Assembly: GCA_002692055.1 (NCBI GenBank)
Contig: NZJW01000015.1
Coordinates: 27,089-91,088, forward strand
Reading direction: 5' to 3'
DNA: 64,000 bases
Origin: Candidatus Pelagibacter sp.
Lineage (GTDB): Bacteria; Pseudomonadota; Alphaproteobacteria; Pelagibacterales; Pelagibacteraceae
Made by a program: the position numbers and the translations under genes. Below are positions 32,902 through 42,624 of the stretch, piece by piece; within the stretch, counting starts at the first letter, position 1, and the number at the start of each line of letters is the position of its first letter. The notes under the pieces are model-generated. The model ran no database searches. It saw only the letters and a program-made list of their open reading frames with translations, and was not told where the DNA came from.

Positions 32902-34403
32902 GATAATTTAAAATATCTTTTCAAAAACAACTGTATCAAAAAACTTACAAAGATAAAAAGTAAAAACATAAGATTTCCTAACACACTAAAAGGTGTATTG
33001 TTATTTAATACTTGATAGCTGTCACTAAAAACAGTTTTTTCATCAGGTAGTGATGATTTTAAGGTAACGCCAAGGGGATTTATGCTGGCTGATATACCCT
33101 GGTTAGTAGATCTAAATATATGCTTTCCCTCTTCTATAGATCTAAAAATTGAATGAACATAATGTTGATATGTTCCAATTGATCTGTCAAACCAAGCGTC
33201 TTCCGAAATATTAAAAATTATATCAAATTTTTTTTTATTAATATTTAATAAGCCTGTATTAATCACTTCATAACATATAAGCGGTAAAATAAAATTTTTA
33301 TTTATTTCTAATACCTTTCTACTTTTTCCTCTTGAAAAGGACTGATATCCAAAAGTTACTTTTTTAAAATTTAAAAATGTAATCATATTCTCCATCGGTA
33401 TGAATTCACCAAATGGAACAAGGTGTATCTTATTATATAAGTTCATTACATCACCTTTTGAGTTCAAAACAACAAAACTATTATAAATATTTCCTTGTAT
33501 ATCTTTAGTGTTTGCTCCTAAAATAATTTTTTGGTTATTTTTAAATTGATTTTTAAAAATATTTTTTAAATTTCCACCATTTACATATGAATAAGATCCT
33601 TCTGGCCATAAAAATATTGCATTTTTATTTCTATTTAATGGCAAACTAATCTTTAAAATATTTTTAATGTAATTTTTTGGATCTGTGCTTATTTTGATCA
33701 AATCCTCATTGGGTTGAACAACTACTATTTCCTGGTCTACAGTTTTCAAATCAGATTGTAGTCTATTGAAACCGTATAAATAATTCATACTAATAATCAC
33801 CAATAGCACAAAGAGTCGCTTTAAGATTTTAATATTATTTTTTTTAACAAATAAATAAGGAAAAGAAAATATGAAGATGACTAAAAAATTTAAACTAAAG
33901 GTTCCAATAATATTTAAAATTTGCAAACTGTGCAAATCTGTACTTAAAGAATAGACAAATAAATTCCATGAAAACCCTGTAAAATACGATCTTAAATATT
34001 CAGTCAAAGATACTAAAATAGAAAAATTTAAAACAAAAAAATAATTAAATTTAAAAAAACGCCTTAAAATATAAAAACAGAGTCCATAAAATAAGGATAA
34101 AATAAGTGGTAAAAAAAAAATAGCTAATGGTTTCAATATAAAAACTTCTGGATCGAAGTCTAGTGAATAACTAATCCAATATAAAGATGAGATAAAGTAT
34201 CCATAGGCAAATAATAATCCATATATAAAAAAATCTTTAGGTTTATCTAATTCATTGGTTTTCAACAAATATAAAATTGACGGAAATATTATAAATCCCA
34301 AAACAAAATAATTGTAAGGTGGTAACGAAAAAGAAAGCAAAAATCCAAAAAATAAAAATATAAATAACTTTAATTTACTTTTTAAAAAATATTCAAAATC
34401 CAT
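32898..34403 (-). CDS. lnt: Apolipoprotein N-acyltransferase
   Basis: TM N-terminus, VQPN, WPE, YNK.HLVPFGEFIP and ICYE (nitrilase-type Glu-Lys-Cys triad). Confidence 0.95.
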   Translation of the reverse strand: MDFEYFLKSKLKLFIFLFFGFLLSFSLPPYNYFVLGFIIFPSILYLLKTNELDKPKDFFIYGLLFAYGYFISSLYWISYSLDFDPEVFILKPLAIFFLPLILSLFYGLCFYILRRFFKFNYFFVLNFSILVSLTEYLRSYFTGFSWNLFVYSLSTDLHSLQILNIIGTFSLNFLVIFIFSFPYLFVKKNNIKILKRLFVLLVIISMNYLYGFNRLQSDLKTVDQEIVVVQPNEDLIKISTDPKNYIKNILKISLPLNRNKNAIFLWPEGSYSYVNGGNLKNIFKNQFKNNQKIILGANTKDIQGNIYNSFVVLNSKGDVMNLYNKIHLVPFGEFIPMENMITFLNFKKVTFGYQSFSRGKSRKVLEINKNFILPLICYEVINTGLLNINKKKFDIIFNISEDAWFDRSIGTYQHYVHSIFRSIEEGKHIFRSTNQGISASINPLGVTLKSSLPDEKTVFSDSYQVLNNNTPFSVLGNLMFLLFIFVSFLIQLFLKRYFKLS

Positions 34404-34425
34404 AATAAAAGAATACCTAATTAAA

Positions 34426-34815
34426 TTATTTTATTGGCAATTTATCTGACACCCAACATGACTCATAAAATTTATTTGATTTATTGAAACCATTGGAAAT
34501 ATTATAAGTTTTAAAACCTTTATCCTCATAAATTTCTGCCACAATTTGCGATCTAATACCGCTACTACATATAAAAAAAATATTTTTATTTTTATCCAAT
34601 TTTAATTTTTCCATCTCAAAATTGAAATCAGGATTTATTACTACATTACCTAGATTATGTAATTGATAAGAAACAAAGTAGGTAGATAATCCGAAAGCCT
34701 CTCCATCTGGCTTTCCATAAATTTTCCATTCCTGTGGTGTCCTAACGTCTATTAAGTAATCACCCACTTTTGATGAAAGCGCTTGAAACTGTAATGCAGT
34801 AATTTGTTTCACCAT
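34426..34815 (-). CDS. Rhodanese-like domain protein
   Basis: LIDVRTPQEW and active-site loop ICSSGIRS. Confidence 0.88.
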   Translation of the reverse strand: MVKQITALQFQALSSKVGDYLIDVRTPQEWKIYGKPDGEAFGLSTYFVSYQLHNLGNVVINPDFNFEMEKLKLDKNKNIFFICSSGIRSQIVAEIYEDKGFKTYNISNGFNKSNKFYESCWVSDKLPIK

Positions 34816-34825
34816 TTTTTAATTG

Positions 34826-34911
34826 TGGTGCCCTCGGCCGGACTCGAACCGGCACTCCGCAAGCGGCAAGGATTTTAAGTCCTTTGTGTCTACCAATTCC
34901 ACCACGAGGGC
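34826..34911 (-). tRNA. tRNA-Leu (anticodon TAA)
   Basis: GCCCTCG acceptor stem, D-loop TTGGTAGA, anticodon loop CT-TAA-AA, long variable arm, GGTTCGAGTCC T-arm, encoded CCA end. Confidence 0.97.
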
Positions 34912-34987
34912 ACTTTTTAGTATTACTTATTTATTTTATGGTTAATTGCAACTTTATAAAGTTAATTTTGTCTATATCTTGACGTAA

Positions 34988-36781
34988 ATGTCTTTAGAAA
35001 AAAAATTACAGGAAATATTATTTTTGATTAATCATCACAGGTATAAAGAATTGATACCAAAAATTCATGAATTGTTGAAAAAAAAATATAAAAGTATTCA
35101 ATTATATGGAAACCTAGGTCTTTGCTATTTAAATCTTCAAAAAAATTATCTGGCTATTAAATATTTTTTAAGAATAAAAAAAATTGATAATAACAATATT
35201 AGGGCAAATCACAATTTAGGACTTGCTTACTCAAGAATAGGTAAAATCGATGATGCAATTACTCATTACAATCAATCTCTTGAGCAAATTAAAGAGGATC
35301 CCTTTTTCTATATTACACTCACACAATATTTGGAATTATTAATAACAAATCACAAATCAGAATTAGCAGAAAAGATAATTAAAAAATATGAAAATAAAAT
35401 ACCAATAGATTTAAAGTTTTTTTTTGACACAGCTTTATTTGATATAAAATTCCAGGATAATAAAAGTTTAATTGGAAATATAAAAAAAATTGAAGATATA
35501 ATTGAAAACTATCAAGATAAAATAGATGAAAATAAAAAATTTATTACTTATGATTTAAATAAATTGACAAATTTTATTCCTCCGACTATTTTCAGTACTA
35601 CCTTTTACCTAGATAATCCAAAAAACCTATTAGAAAGATACTATAAAATATTTAATAAAATTACAGATAATTACAATATACCAAAACTGTTTTCACCCCC
35701 AATATCAAAAAATAAAAAAATTAAAATTGGCTTTGCTTCATCAATTTTTAGAAAACACACCATTACAAAACTGTATAAAAATTGGATTATAAAATTAGAT
35801 AAAGATAGATTTGATATTTATATTATAGATCTTAATTCTGAAATAGATAAAACCTATGATGAAATCACTAATAATGCCATAGAAACGATTAGAACTAATA
35901 AAAATCTTGAAGAAAATATTAGTTATATAAGAAGTAAAAAATTAGATTATATTATTTATTTAGATAACCACATATCTAGAGAAGCATCATTATTATATAA
36001 CTTCCGATTATCATCTAAGCAAGCTGTAACTTGGGGCCACCCTGTGACATCAGGATCAAAACATATAGATTTTTTTCTAACTAGTGAGCTTATGGAAAAT
36101 AGTTTTAGCGAAAAAAAATATACAGAAAAATTAATTAAATTAAAAAATATTTCAATTAATTATGAAAAGCCCAATATCAAGATTGATAACAAAATAAAAA
36201 ATTACTTTGACGATAATTTTATAAATATTCTAAATTTGCAAAGTTTGCATAAATTTCAACCTTACGAAGACAAAGTCTATGCAGAAATTTTGAATAAAAA
36301 TTCTAAAATAATCCTATATTTTATAGAATCAGGAATAAAAAATCATAGCCAGATTTTTAAAAGTAGAATTTGTCAATTTTTAACCAATAAGAATTTTCAA
36401 GAAAGAATAAAATTTTTACCAAGGTGTGATAACAATACTTTCTATAATTATATTAATTTCTCATCTTATATTTTTGACTGTTTATCCTGGTCAGGTGGTA
36501 ATACACATTTGGAAGCCCTTGCTTTTGACAAGCCGATAATTACAATGGAAGGAAAAAGTTTAAAACAAAATCATACATTCGGGTTTTTAAGAAGAATTAA
36601 TCAAAAAAATTTGATCACTCATAGTGAAAAAGAATTCATTGGTAAGATATTAGAATTCTCAAAAAGTAATAACATGATTGAAGATTCAAAAGAAGAAATA
36701 TCTAAAAACAAAAATTTACTTTTTCAGGATATGGATTGCATTAAATCATTAGAAAATAATTTAATTAATTTTGCATTTTAA
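34988..36781 (+). CDS. TPR-containing GT41-family (OGT/SPINDLY/HMW1C-like) protein glycosyltransferase
   Basis: N-terminal TPRs (YGNLGLCY, NHNLGLAYSRIGKIDDAI). GT41 motifs KIKIGFASSIFRKH, Q.VTWGHPVTSG..IDF, SLHK, D...WSGGNT.LEAL...PIIT. Confidence 0.85.
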   Translation: MSLEKKLQEILFLINHHRYKELIPKIHELLKKKYKSIQLYGNLGLCYLNLQKNYLAIKYFLRIKKIDNNNIRANHNLGLAYSRIGKIDDAITHYNQSLEQIKEDPFFYITLTQYLELLITNHKSELAEKIIKKYENKIPIDLKFFFDTALFDIKFQDNKSLIGNIKKIEDIIENYQDKIDENKKFITYDLNKLTNFIPPTIFSTTFYLDNPKNLLERYYKIFNKITDNYNIPKLFSPPISKNKKIKIGFASSIFRKHTITKLYKNWIIKLDKDRFDIYIIDLNSEIDKTYDEITNNAIETIRTNKNLEENISYIRSKKLDYIIYLDNHISREASLLYNFRLSSKQAVTWGHPVTSGSKHIDFFLTSELMENSFSEKKYTEKLIKLKNISINYEKPNIKIDNKIKNYFDDNFINILNLQSLHKFQPYEDKVYAEILNKNSKIILYFIESGIKNHSQIFKSRICQFLTNKNFQERIKFLPRCDNNTFYNYINFSSYIFDCLSWSGGNTHLEALAFDKPIITMEGKSLKQNHTFGFLRRINQKNLITHSEKEFIGKILEFSKSNNMIEDSKEEISKNKNLLFQDMDCIKSLENNLINFAF

Positions 36782-36785
36782 TAAA

Positions 36786-36864
36786 GTAAAGAGATTTAAA
36801 TTCCTTAGTACATACTAATTTCACTAGGCGGTATTTATTTAAATGCTCTGTTTACAAATCTTGT
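36786..36864 (-). ncRNA. Candidate structured small RNA / long hairpin between convergent genes
   Basis: 36786-36855 folds as GTAA/TTAC, AGAG/CTCT and ATTTAAAT/ATTTAAAT stems around an inner hairpin, followed on the minus strand by UUUAUUU. Upstream lies TTGACA(36900-36895)-N18-CACTAT. Confidence 0.4.
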
Positions 36865-36900
36865 TTATTAATAGTGAAGTATTTTTGCTATAATTGTCAA

Positions 36901-38114
36901 TTATTTATTAATATAATTTGCGATACTTTCTGCAACGATTGAATACCCTTCTTTACTAAAGTGTCCATAAAAGTTAAGAGGAAAATAATTGTCAATGTTA
37001 TTGACCGATTTTATAAATACTTTATCAATATCAATATAGTTTATATTTTTTTTTTTAGTGACATTAGAATATTTTTTTTTGATCCAATATATTTAGAAAA
37101 TTTAGTATTTTTTGTATAATATCTTTCCCACGTAGGTAAATAAATAAATAAAAAATTAGATCCATGTTTTATTGAAACATTTCTCATTTTATCTACTAAC
37201 TTGACTATGTTTTCAACATCACTTTTTCTTTGAAAAAAAATATAATTTATTTCTCTTAATATATTTTTTAGATTAGTTAATTCGACAATATCCTTAAAAT
37301 ACTCTTTATTTTTAGACACGATAAAATTGCTAGTTTGACTCCAGTTATTACCCATTTCATTTACAAATTTATTGTAGAAAACAAGATTTTCCTTTTTTCT
37401 AGAGGATAAGCCCTGTTTATAATTAACATCTAAATATTTTGATAAATATTTATCTTTTTTTTCAAAATTTAAGTCTGTTAAATCGTTTTCCTCACAATAT
37501 AAAAAAACAACTGTTTTAGGTTTTAGAACTTCTATATATTCCTTTATTGTTGCGTATGATAATATTGGTCCTGCGCCAGGGATACCAAAATTTGCTGCGT
37601 TAATATTTTTTGTTCTTAATACACCAGATATATCAAACTGATTAGCTAAACCATATCCTTCTGCAAATGAGTCGCCAAATAACGCTAAATCAATATTCTT
37701 TAAGTATATGCTATCAGGATTTTTAAAACCATACCTATCATTTTCAATTATTTCATATCTTAAATATTCATTATAAGCGAAGCTTAAACTATTATAAGGA
37801 CCACGAAATGGTATTGGTTTTGAGTTTTTTTTATAGTCTTTAATAATTTTCGATTGGAAAACTTCTTTTCGATAAATGTACCCTTTTTTTAAAATAATAT
37901 TTTTTTCTTTTAAGACAAAATTATAAAATTCTTCTGGTGATCTATAATCTATTTTATGATTTAACAATTTTGCATTTTTTACTCTAGTTTTATATATCGA
38001 TACAAGGTTTTTCTAATTATCACTTTGATAAAAAGTTAAAAAGATCTCAATTAAATAAAGAGATAAAAAAAAGGCAAAAAATACCAAAGAAAAATTTTGC
38101 AAAAATTTTTTCAT
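36901..38114 (-). pseudogene. Membrane-anchored SGNH/GDSL hydrolase-family protein, interrupted by an in-frame TAG and a homopolymer frameshift
   Basis: ATG 38114 encodes a TM anchor (MKKFLQNFSLVFFAFFLSLYLIEIFL). In-frame TAG at 38013-38015, then FGDSFAEG, NFGIPG and END motifs. After T11 (37046-37056) the C-terminus with FYGHFSKEGY lies in another frame and ends at 36901. Confidence 0.75.
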
Positions 38115-38845
38115 TATTGTGATAATTTTATTAAAACCTCTCTTATTTCTTTCTCACACTTTTCAATTTCAATTTTATTTACAGATCTTAAAACTAATAT
38201 AGTTCCAGGTTGATGTTTAAAATAGGGATAGCTACCAATATCAACAGAGTTAAAACGATCTTGTATTATTGATAAATCGTTTGCTAATGAACTCTCTCTT
38301 AATTTAGTATCAATAGATATCGATAAAATTTTTTTCCCTGTTATTATATTTTTATCTAACAATGGTAACATAGCTTGTAAAATACTTGGAACGCCAGGCA
38401 AAACAAATACATTCTCTACATAAAAACCTGCAGCAAAAGTTTTAGGGTTTGGTATAAGAGTGGCATTTTCTGGCATTTTCGCCATTTTTTTTCTTCCACT
38501 ATTAAAATCTTGATCTTTATAAAATTCCTCTAAAATTTTATACGCTTCAGAGTGATATTGATATTTTTGATTAAAAACTTTAGAAATGGACTCTGCTGTT
38601 ATGTCATCATGAGTTGGGCCTATTCCCCCAGTAGTAAAAATATAAGCAAATTTTTTTCTTAAATCGTTAACTGTTTTAATAATAATCTCCTCTTTATCAG
38701 GTATAACTCTTACTTCCTCAACACTAATGCCTTTATCGCCCAACCAAGTAGCGATAAATGAGGTATTTTTATCAACAGTTCTTCCTGATAGAATTTCATT
38801 GCCAATAATTATAATTCCTGCTGTAAATTCTATGTTAAATTTCAT
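38114..38845 (-). CDS. cinA: Competence/damage-inducible protein A (molybdopterin-binding-domain family)
   Basis: IGNEILSGRT.D.N, TTGGIGPTHDDIT and LPGVP motifs. Confidence 0.88.
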   Translation of the reverse strand: MKFNIEFTAGIIIIGNEILSGRTVDKNTSFIATWLGDKGISVEEVRVIPDKEEIIIKTVNDLRKKFAYIFTTGGIGPTHDDITAESISKVFNQKYQYHSEAYKILEEFYKDQDFNSGRKKMAKMPENATLIPNPKTFAAGFYVENVFVLPGVPSILQAMLPLLDKNIITGKKILSISIDTKLRESSLANDLSIIQDRFNSVDIGSYPYFKHQPGTILVLRSVNKIEIEKCEKEIREVLIKLSQ

Positions 38846-39541
38846 ATGAAAATAGACCCTCGGTTAATACATGTTAAATTCTTAAAAAGATACAAAAGAT
38901 TTTTTTCAGACGTTATTTTAAATAAAAAAAAAATTACTGTTCATTGCCCTAATTCTGGTTCTATGCTTGGATTATTAAATGAAAATAATGATGCATGGAT
39001 ATCAAAAAGTAGCAATCCAAATCGAAAACTTAAATTTACTTTAGAAATTATTAATGACAAAAAAAGTAATGTTGGTGTTAATACTCATAGAGCAAACCGT
39101 ATAGTTGAAGAGGCTTTAAATAATAGTAAAATTACAGAATTAAAAGAATTTTTATCAATAAAGCGAGAGGCAGTTTTTTCTAAAGGAACAAGATTTGATT
39201 TTTTGTTAGAGAATAAAAGTAGAAAAGCTTTTTTAGAAGTTAAAAATGTTACTCTAAGCAGAAAAAAAAATATTTCAGAATTTCCAGATGCAGTCACATC
39301 ACGTGGAAAAAAACACCTCGCTCATTTACAGAGCGCAATTGAACTAGGTTATAAAGCTTATCTTTTATTTTTAATTCAAAGAGAAGATATAAAAATTATG
39401 AAAATTGCTAGTGATATTGACATTGACTATTTTAATGAAATTAAAAAGGCAAAAAAAAAAGGTGTTAAAATTCTTGCCTACTCTTGTAAAGTCAAAGATA
39501 ACGAAATAACAATAAACAAAAAAATTAAAATTATGATATAA
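38846..39541 (+). CDS. sfsA: Sugar fermentation stimulation protein SfsA (PD-(D/E)XK nuclease family)
   Basis: KRYKRF, HCPNSGSM, RFDFLL, EVKNVTL and FPDAVTSRG.KHL motifs. Confidence 0.94.
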   Translation: MKIDPRLIHVKFLKRYKRFFSDVILNKKKITVHCPNSGSMLGLLNENNDAWISKSSNPNRKLKFTLEIINDKKSNVGVNTHRANRIVEEALNNSKITELKEFLSIKREAVFSKGTRFDFLLENKSRKAFLEVKNVTLSRKKNISEFPDAVTSRGKKHLAHLQSAIELGYKAYLLFLIQREDIKIMKIASDIDIDYFNEIKKAKKKGVKILAYSCKVKDNEITINKKIKIMI

Positions 39542-40293
39542 TGATTGTGTTTAATAAATACTATCCTGATGAGTTTAAAAAATTAAGACATGCAGGAAAA
39601 ATATCCTCCCAATGTTTAGATTTTATTTCTGATAAAATAAAACCAGGAATTAAAACACAAGAAATAAATGAAATGTGTGTGAATTTTTTAAACAGACATA
39701 ACGCTTTATCTGCACCGCTATTTTATAGAGGTTTTCCTAAATCAGTTTGCACATCAGTTAACCACGTTGTTTGTCACGGTATACCCGGTGATAAAACTTT
39801 AAATGAGGGCGATATTGTTAATATTGATGTTACATCTTTAATTGATGGTTTTCATGGAGATACCTCCAGAACTTATTGTGTAGGCAAAGTTTCAGCTAAA
39901 GCCAAAAATTTAGTTGAAACAACCAAAGAAGCACTAGATCGATCTATTAAAATATTGAAACCTGGAGTTCACCTTGGAGATATTGGATATGAAATTCAAA
40001 CATATGTAGAAAAAAAAGGCTACTCGGTTGTTAGAGACTTTTGTGGACATGGTGTTGGCAGAAACTTCCATGAAGAGCCAAATATTCTTCATTACGGAAA
40101 AAGTGGTACTGGTCCTAAATTAGAAGAAGGAATGGTTTTTACGATAGAGCCAATGATCAATGCTGGAAAATATGGCACCAAAGTTTTAAATGATGGTTGG
40201 ACAGCAGTTACTAAGGACAAGTCCTTGTCAGCACAATTCGAACACACTGTGGGTATAACTAATAATGGATATGAAATTTTTACACTTTCATAA
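39541..40293 (+). CDS. map: Methionine aminopeptidase type I
   Basis: CHGIP, NIDVT, HGDTSR, GHGVG..FHEEP, TIEPMIN and AQFEHT motifs. Confidence 0.97.
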   Translation: MIVFNKYYPDEFKKLRHAGKISSQCLDFISDKIKPGIKTQEINEMCVNFLNRHNALSAPLFYRGFPKSVCTSVNHVVCHGIPGDKTLNEGDIVNIDVTSLIDGFHGDTSRTYCVGKVSAKAKNLVETTKEALDRSIKILKPGVHLGDIGYEIQTYVEKKGYSVVRDFCGHGVGRNFHEEPNILHYGKSGTGPKLEEGMVFTIEPMINAGKYGTKVLNDGWTAVTKDKSLSAQFEHTVGITNNGYEIFTLS

Positions 40294-40304
40294 TAAAATA
40301 TAAA

Positions 40305-41598
40305 ATGATTCCAAGATACTCAAGAAAAGAAATGGCTAAGATATGGGAGCCAATGAATAAATTTAAAATTTGGTTGGATATCGAAATTTATGCAGCGCAA
40401 GCAATGGAAAAATATAAAATTATTCCTAAAGGGGTCGCAGCGAAGGTCAAAAAAAAATCTAAGATTAATATTAAAAGAATTGATGATATTGAAAAAAAAA
40501 CTAAGCATGATGTAATTGCTTTTCTCACCTCTATTGCAGAATTTGTAGGCTCAGAGGCTAAATATCTTCATCAAGGTATGACCTCTTCTGATGTTTTAGA
40601 CACATGTTTTAATTTACAACTCAAACAATCTGGAAAAATATTAATTAAAGATATTGATAAACTTTTAAAAACTTTAAAAAAAAAAATCAAACAAATATAA
40701 AAGTACAATCACAATAGGTAGAAGTCATGGAATACATGCTGAGCCAACTACTTTTGGTTTAAAACTTGCAACCTATTACGCTGAATTCAAAAGAAACAAA
40801 AAAAGATTAGAGCAAGCAATTGATGAAATATCGACTTGTTCAATTTCAGGAGCTGTAGGAACTTTCGCTCACATAGGTCCAAATATTGAAAAATTTGTTG
40901 CAAAAAAGTTAGGATTAAAATCTGAAACAATATCAACACAAATTATTCCTAGAGATAGACATGCATATTTTTTTAATATTTTAGCATTAATAGCTAGCTC
41001 AGCTGAGCGGCTCGCAACAGAAGTAAGGCATCTTCAAAGAACTGAAGTTTTAGAAGCTGAAGAGTACTTCTCTTCTGGTCAAAAAGGTTCGTCTGCAATG
41101 CCTCATAAAAGAAATCCTATTTTATCTGAAAATATTACTGGTCTAGCAAGATTAGTAAGGAGTTACTCAATCCCAAGTATGGAGAATATAGTCTTATGGC
41201 ACGAAAGAGACATTTCCCACTCAAGTGTTGAAAGAAACATTGGCCCAGATGCTACAATTACTTTAGATTTTCTTTTAATAAGATTAGATAATGTGATGAG
41301 CAATTTAATTGTCCATCCAAAAAATATGGAAAGTAATTTGAATAAATTTAAAGGATTAATTTTTTCACAAGGTGTGATGTTAAAATTAACTCAAAAAGGT
41401 GTTAAAAGAGAGGATGCGTACAGAGTTGTGCAAAAAAACGCTATGAAAACTTGGGATAATAGTGAAGATTTCTATGAAAACTTAAAGAAAGATCGATTGA
41501 TAAAAGAGCATTTAAGTTCTAAGGAACTTAAACAGCTATTTAATGTAAATTATCATAAAAGATATATTAATCATATATTAGAAAGAGCTTTAAAATAA
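40305..41598 (+). CDS. purB: Adenylosuccinate lyase (apparent +1 frameshift in A11 run at 40676-40686)
   Basis: MIPRYS, HDVIAF, GMTSSD. Removing one A restores ...[29 protein letters not shown]...[11 protein letters not shown]. The two ORF-track fragments are one gene. Confidence 0.93.
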
Positions 41599-42380
41599 TG
41601 AGAAGAAAAAAAATTTATGAAGGTAAAGCTAAAATTCTGTACGAAGGTCCTGAAAGAAATACATTAGTCCAATATTTTAAAGACGATGCCACTGCTTTTA
41701 ATAATAAAAAAAAAGCGGTTATTGAAGGTAAGGGTGTTTTAAATAATAGAATTTCAGAATTTCTTTTGGGTCAATTAAATGAGATTGGAGTTGAAACACA
41801 CTTGATAAAACGCTTAAATATGAGAGAACAATTAATCAAAAATTGTGAGATACTCCCTATTGAATTTGTAATAAGAAACATTTCGGCAGGTTCACTATCT
41901 ACAAGGCTCGGTATATCAGAAGGCACTTTGCTTAAAAGGCCAATAATTGAGTACTATTATAAAAATGATGATTTAGACGATCCTCTAATTACTGAGGAGC
42001 ATATCGATATAAATGGTTGGGCAACCAATTTGGAAATTGTACAAGCTACAGAAATTGGTTTTAGAATTAATGATTTTCTCAACGGATTATTTAGAGGAGT
42101 TGGGATTAAGCTTGTTGATTTCAAGTTGGAGTTTGGAAGAGTATGGAGTGGAGATGATAATAAAATTATTCTTGCCGATGAAATTAGTCCAGACACGTGT
42201 AGATTGTGGGACTACAAAGATGACAAAAAATTAGACAAAGATCGTTTTAGACAAGGATTGGGTGGACTAGTTGAAGCATATACAGAAGTTGCAAAAAGAT
42301 TAGGAATCATGCCAGAAGGTAGTAACATAATGGAAATCAAATCAGGAATTTCTAAAACTATTAAACTGAAAAAAAAATAA
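41598..42380 (+). CDS. purC: SAICAR synthetase
   Basis: [29 protein letters not shown] and DKDRFR motifs. Confidence 0.97.
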   Translation: MRRKKIYEGKAKILYEGPERNTLVQYFKDDATAFNNKKKAVIEGKGVLNNRISEFLLGQLNEIGVETHLIKRLNMREQLIKNCEILPIEFVIRNISAGSLSTRLGISEGTLLKRPIIEYYYKNDDLDDPLITEEHIDINGWATNLEIVQATEIGFRINDFLNGLFRGVGIKLVDFKLEFGRVWSGDDNKIILADEISPDTCRLWDYKDDKKLDKDRFRQGLGGLVEAYTEVAKRLGIMPEGSNIMEIKSGISKTIKLKKK

Positions 42381-42381
42381 A

Positions 42382-42624
42382 TTGAAATTCGAAGTTTTTG
42401 TTACACTGAAGAATGGAGTGTTGGATCCTCAAGGTAAGGCTGTTGAAAATGCTTTAGGCAATATTGGGTTATCATCAATCAAAAATGTTCGTCAAGGTAA
42501 ATACTTTACAATAGAAGTTGATGAACATAATGAAGAAAAGGCAAAAACACTTGTAAAGTCATCGTGTGAAAAGCTTTTGGCAAATGAAACAATTGAAAAC
42601 TTTAAATTTAATAAAATTCAATGA
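42382..42624 (+). CDS. purS: FGAM synthase subunit PurS
   Basis: VLDPQG, VRQGK and LLAN..IE motifs; TTG start. Confidence 0.95.
   Translation: MKFEVFVTLKNGVLDPQGKAVENALGNIGLSSIKNVRQGKYFTIEVDEHNEEKAKTLVKSSCEKLLANETIENFKFNKIQ

Noticed and set aside
34826-34870. tRNA-Leu 3' end as an integration site
   Set aside because: No duplicated 3' fragment or integrase seen, and the accessory genes lie on the tRNA 5' side.
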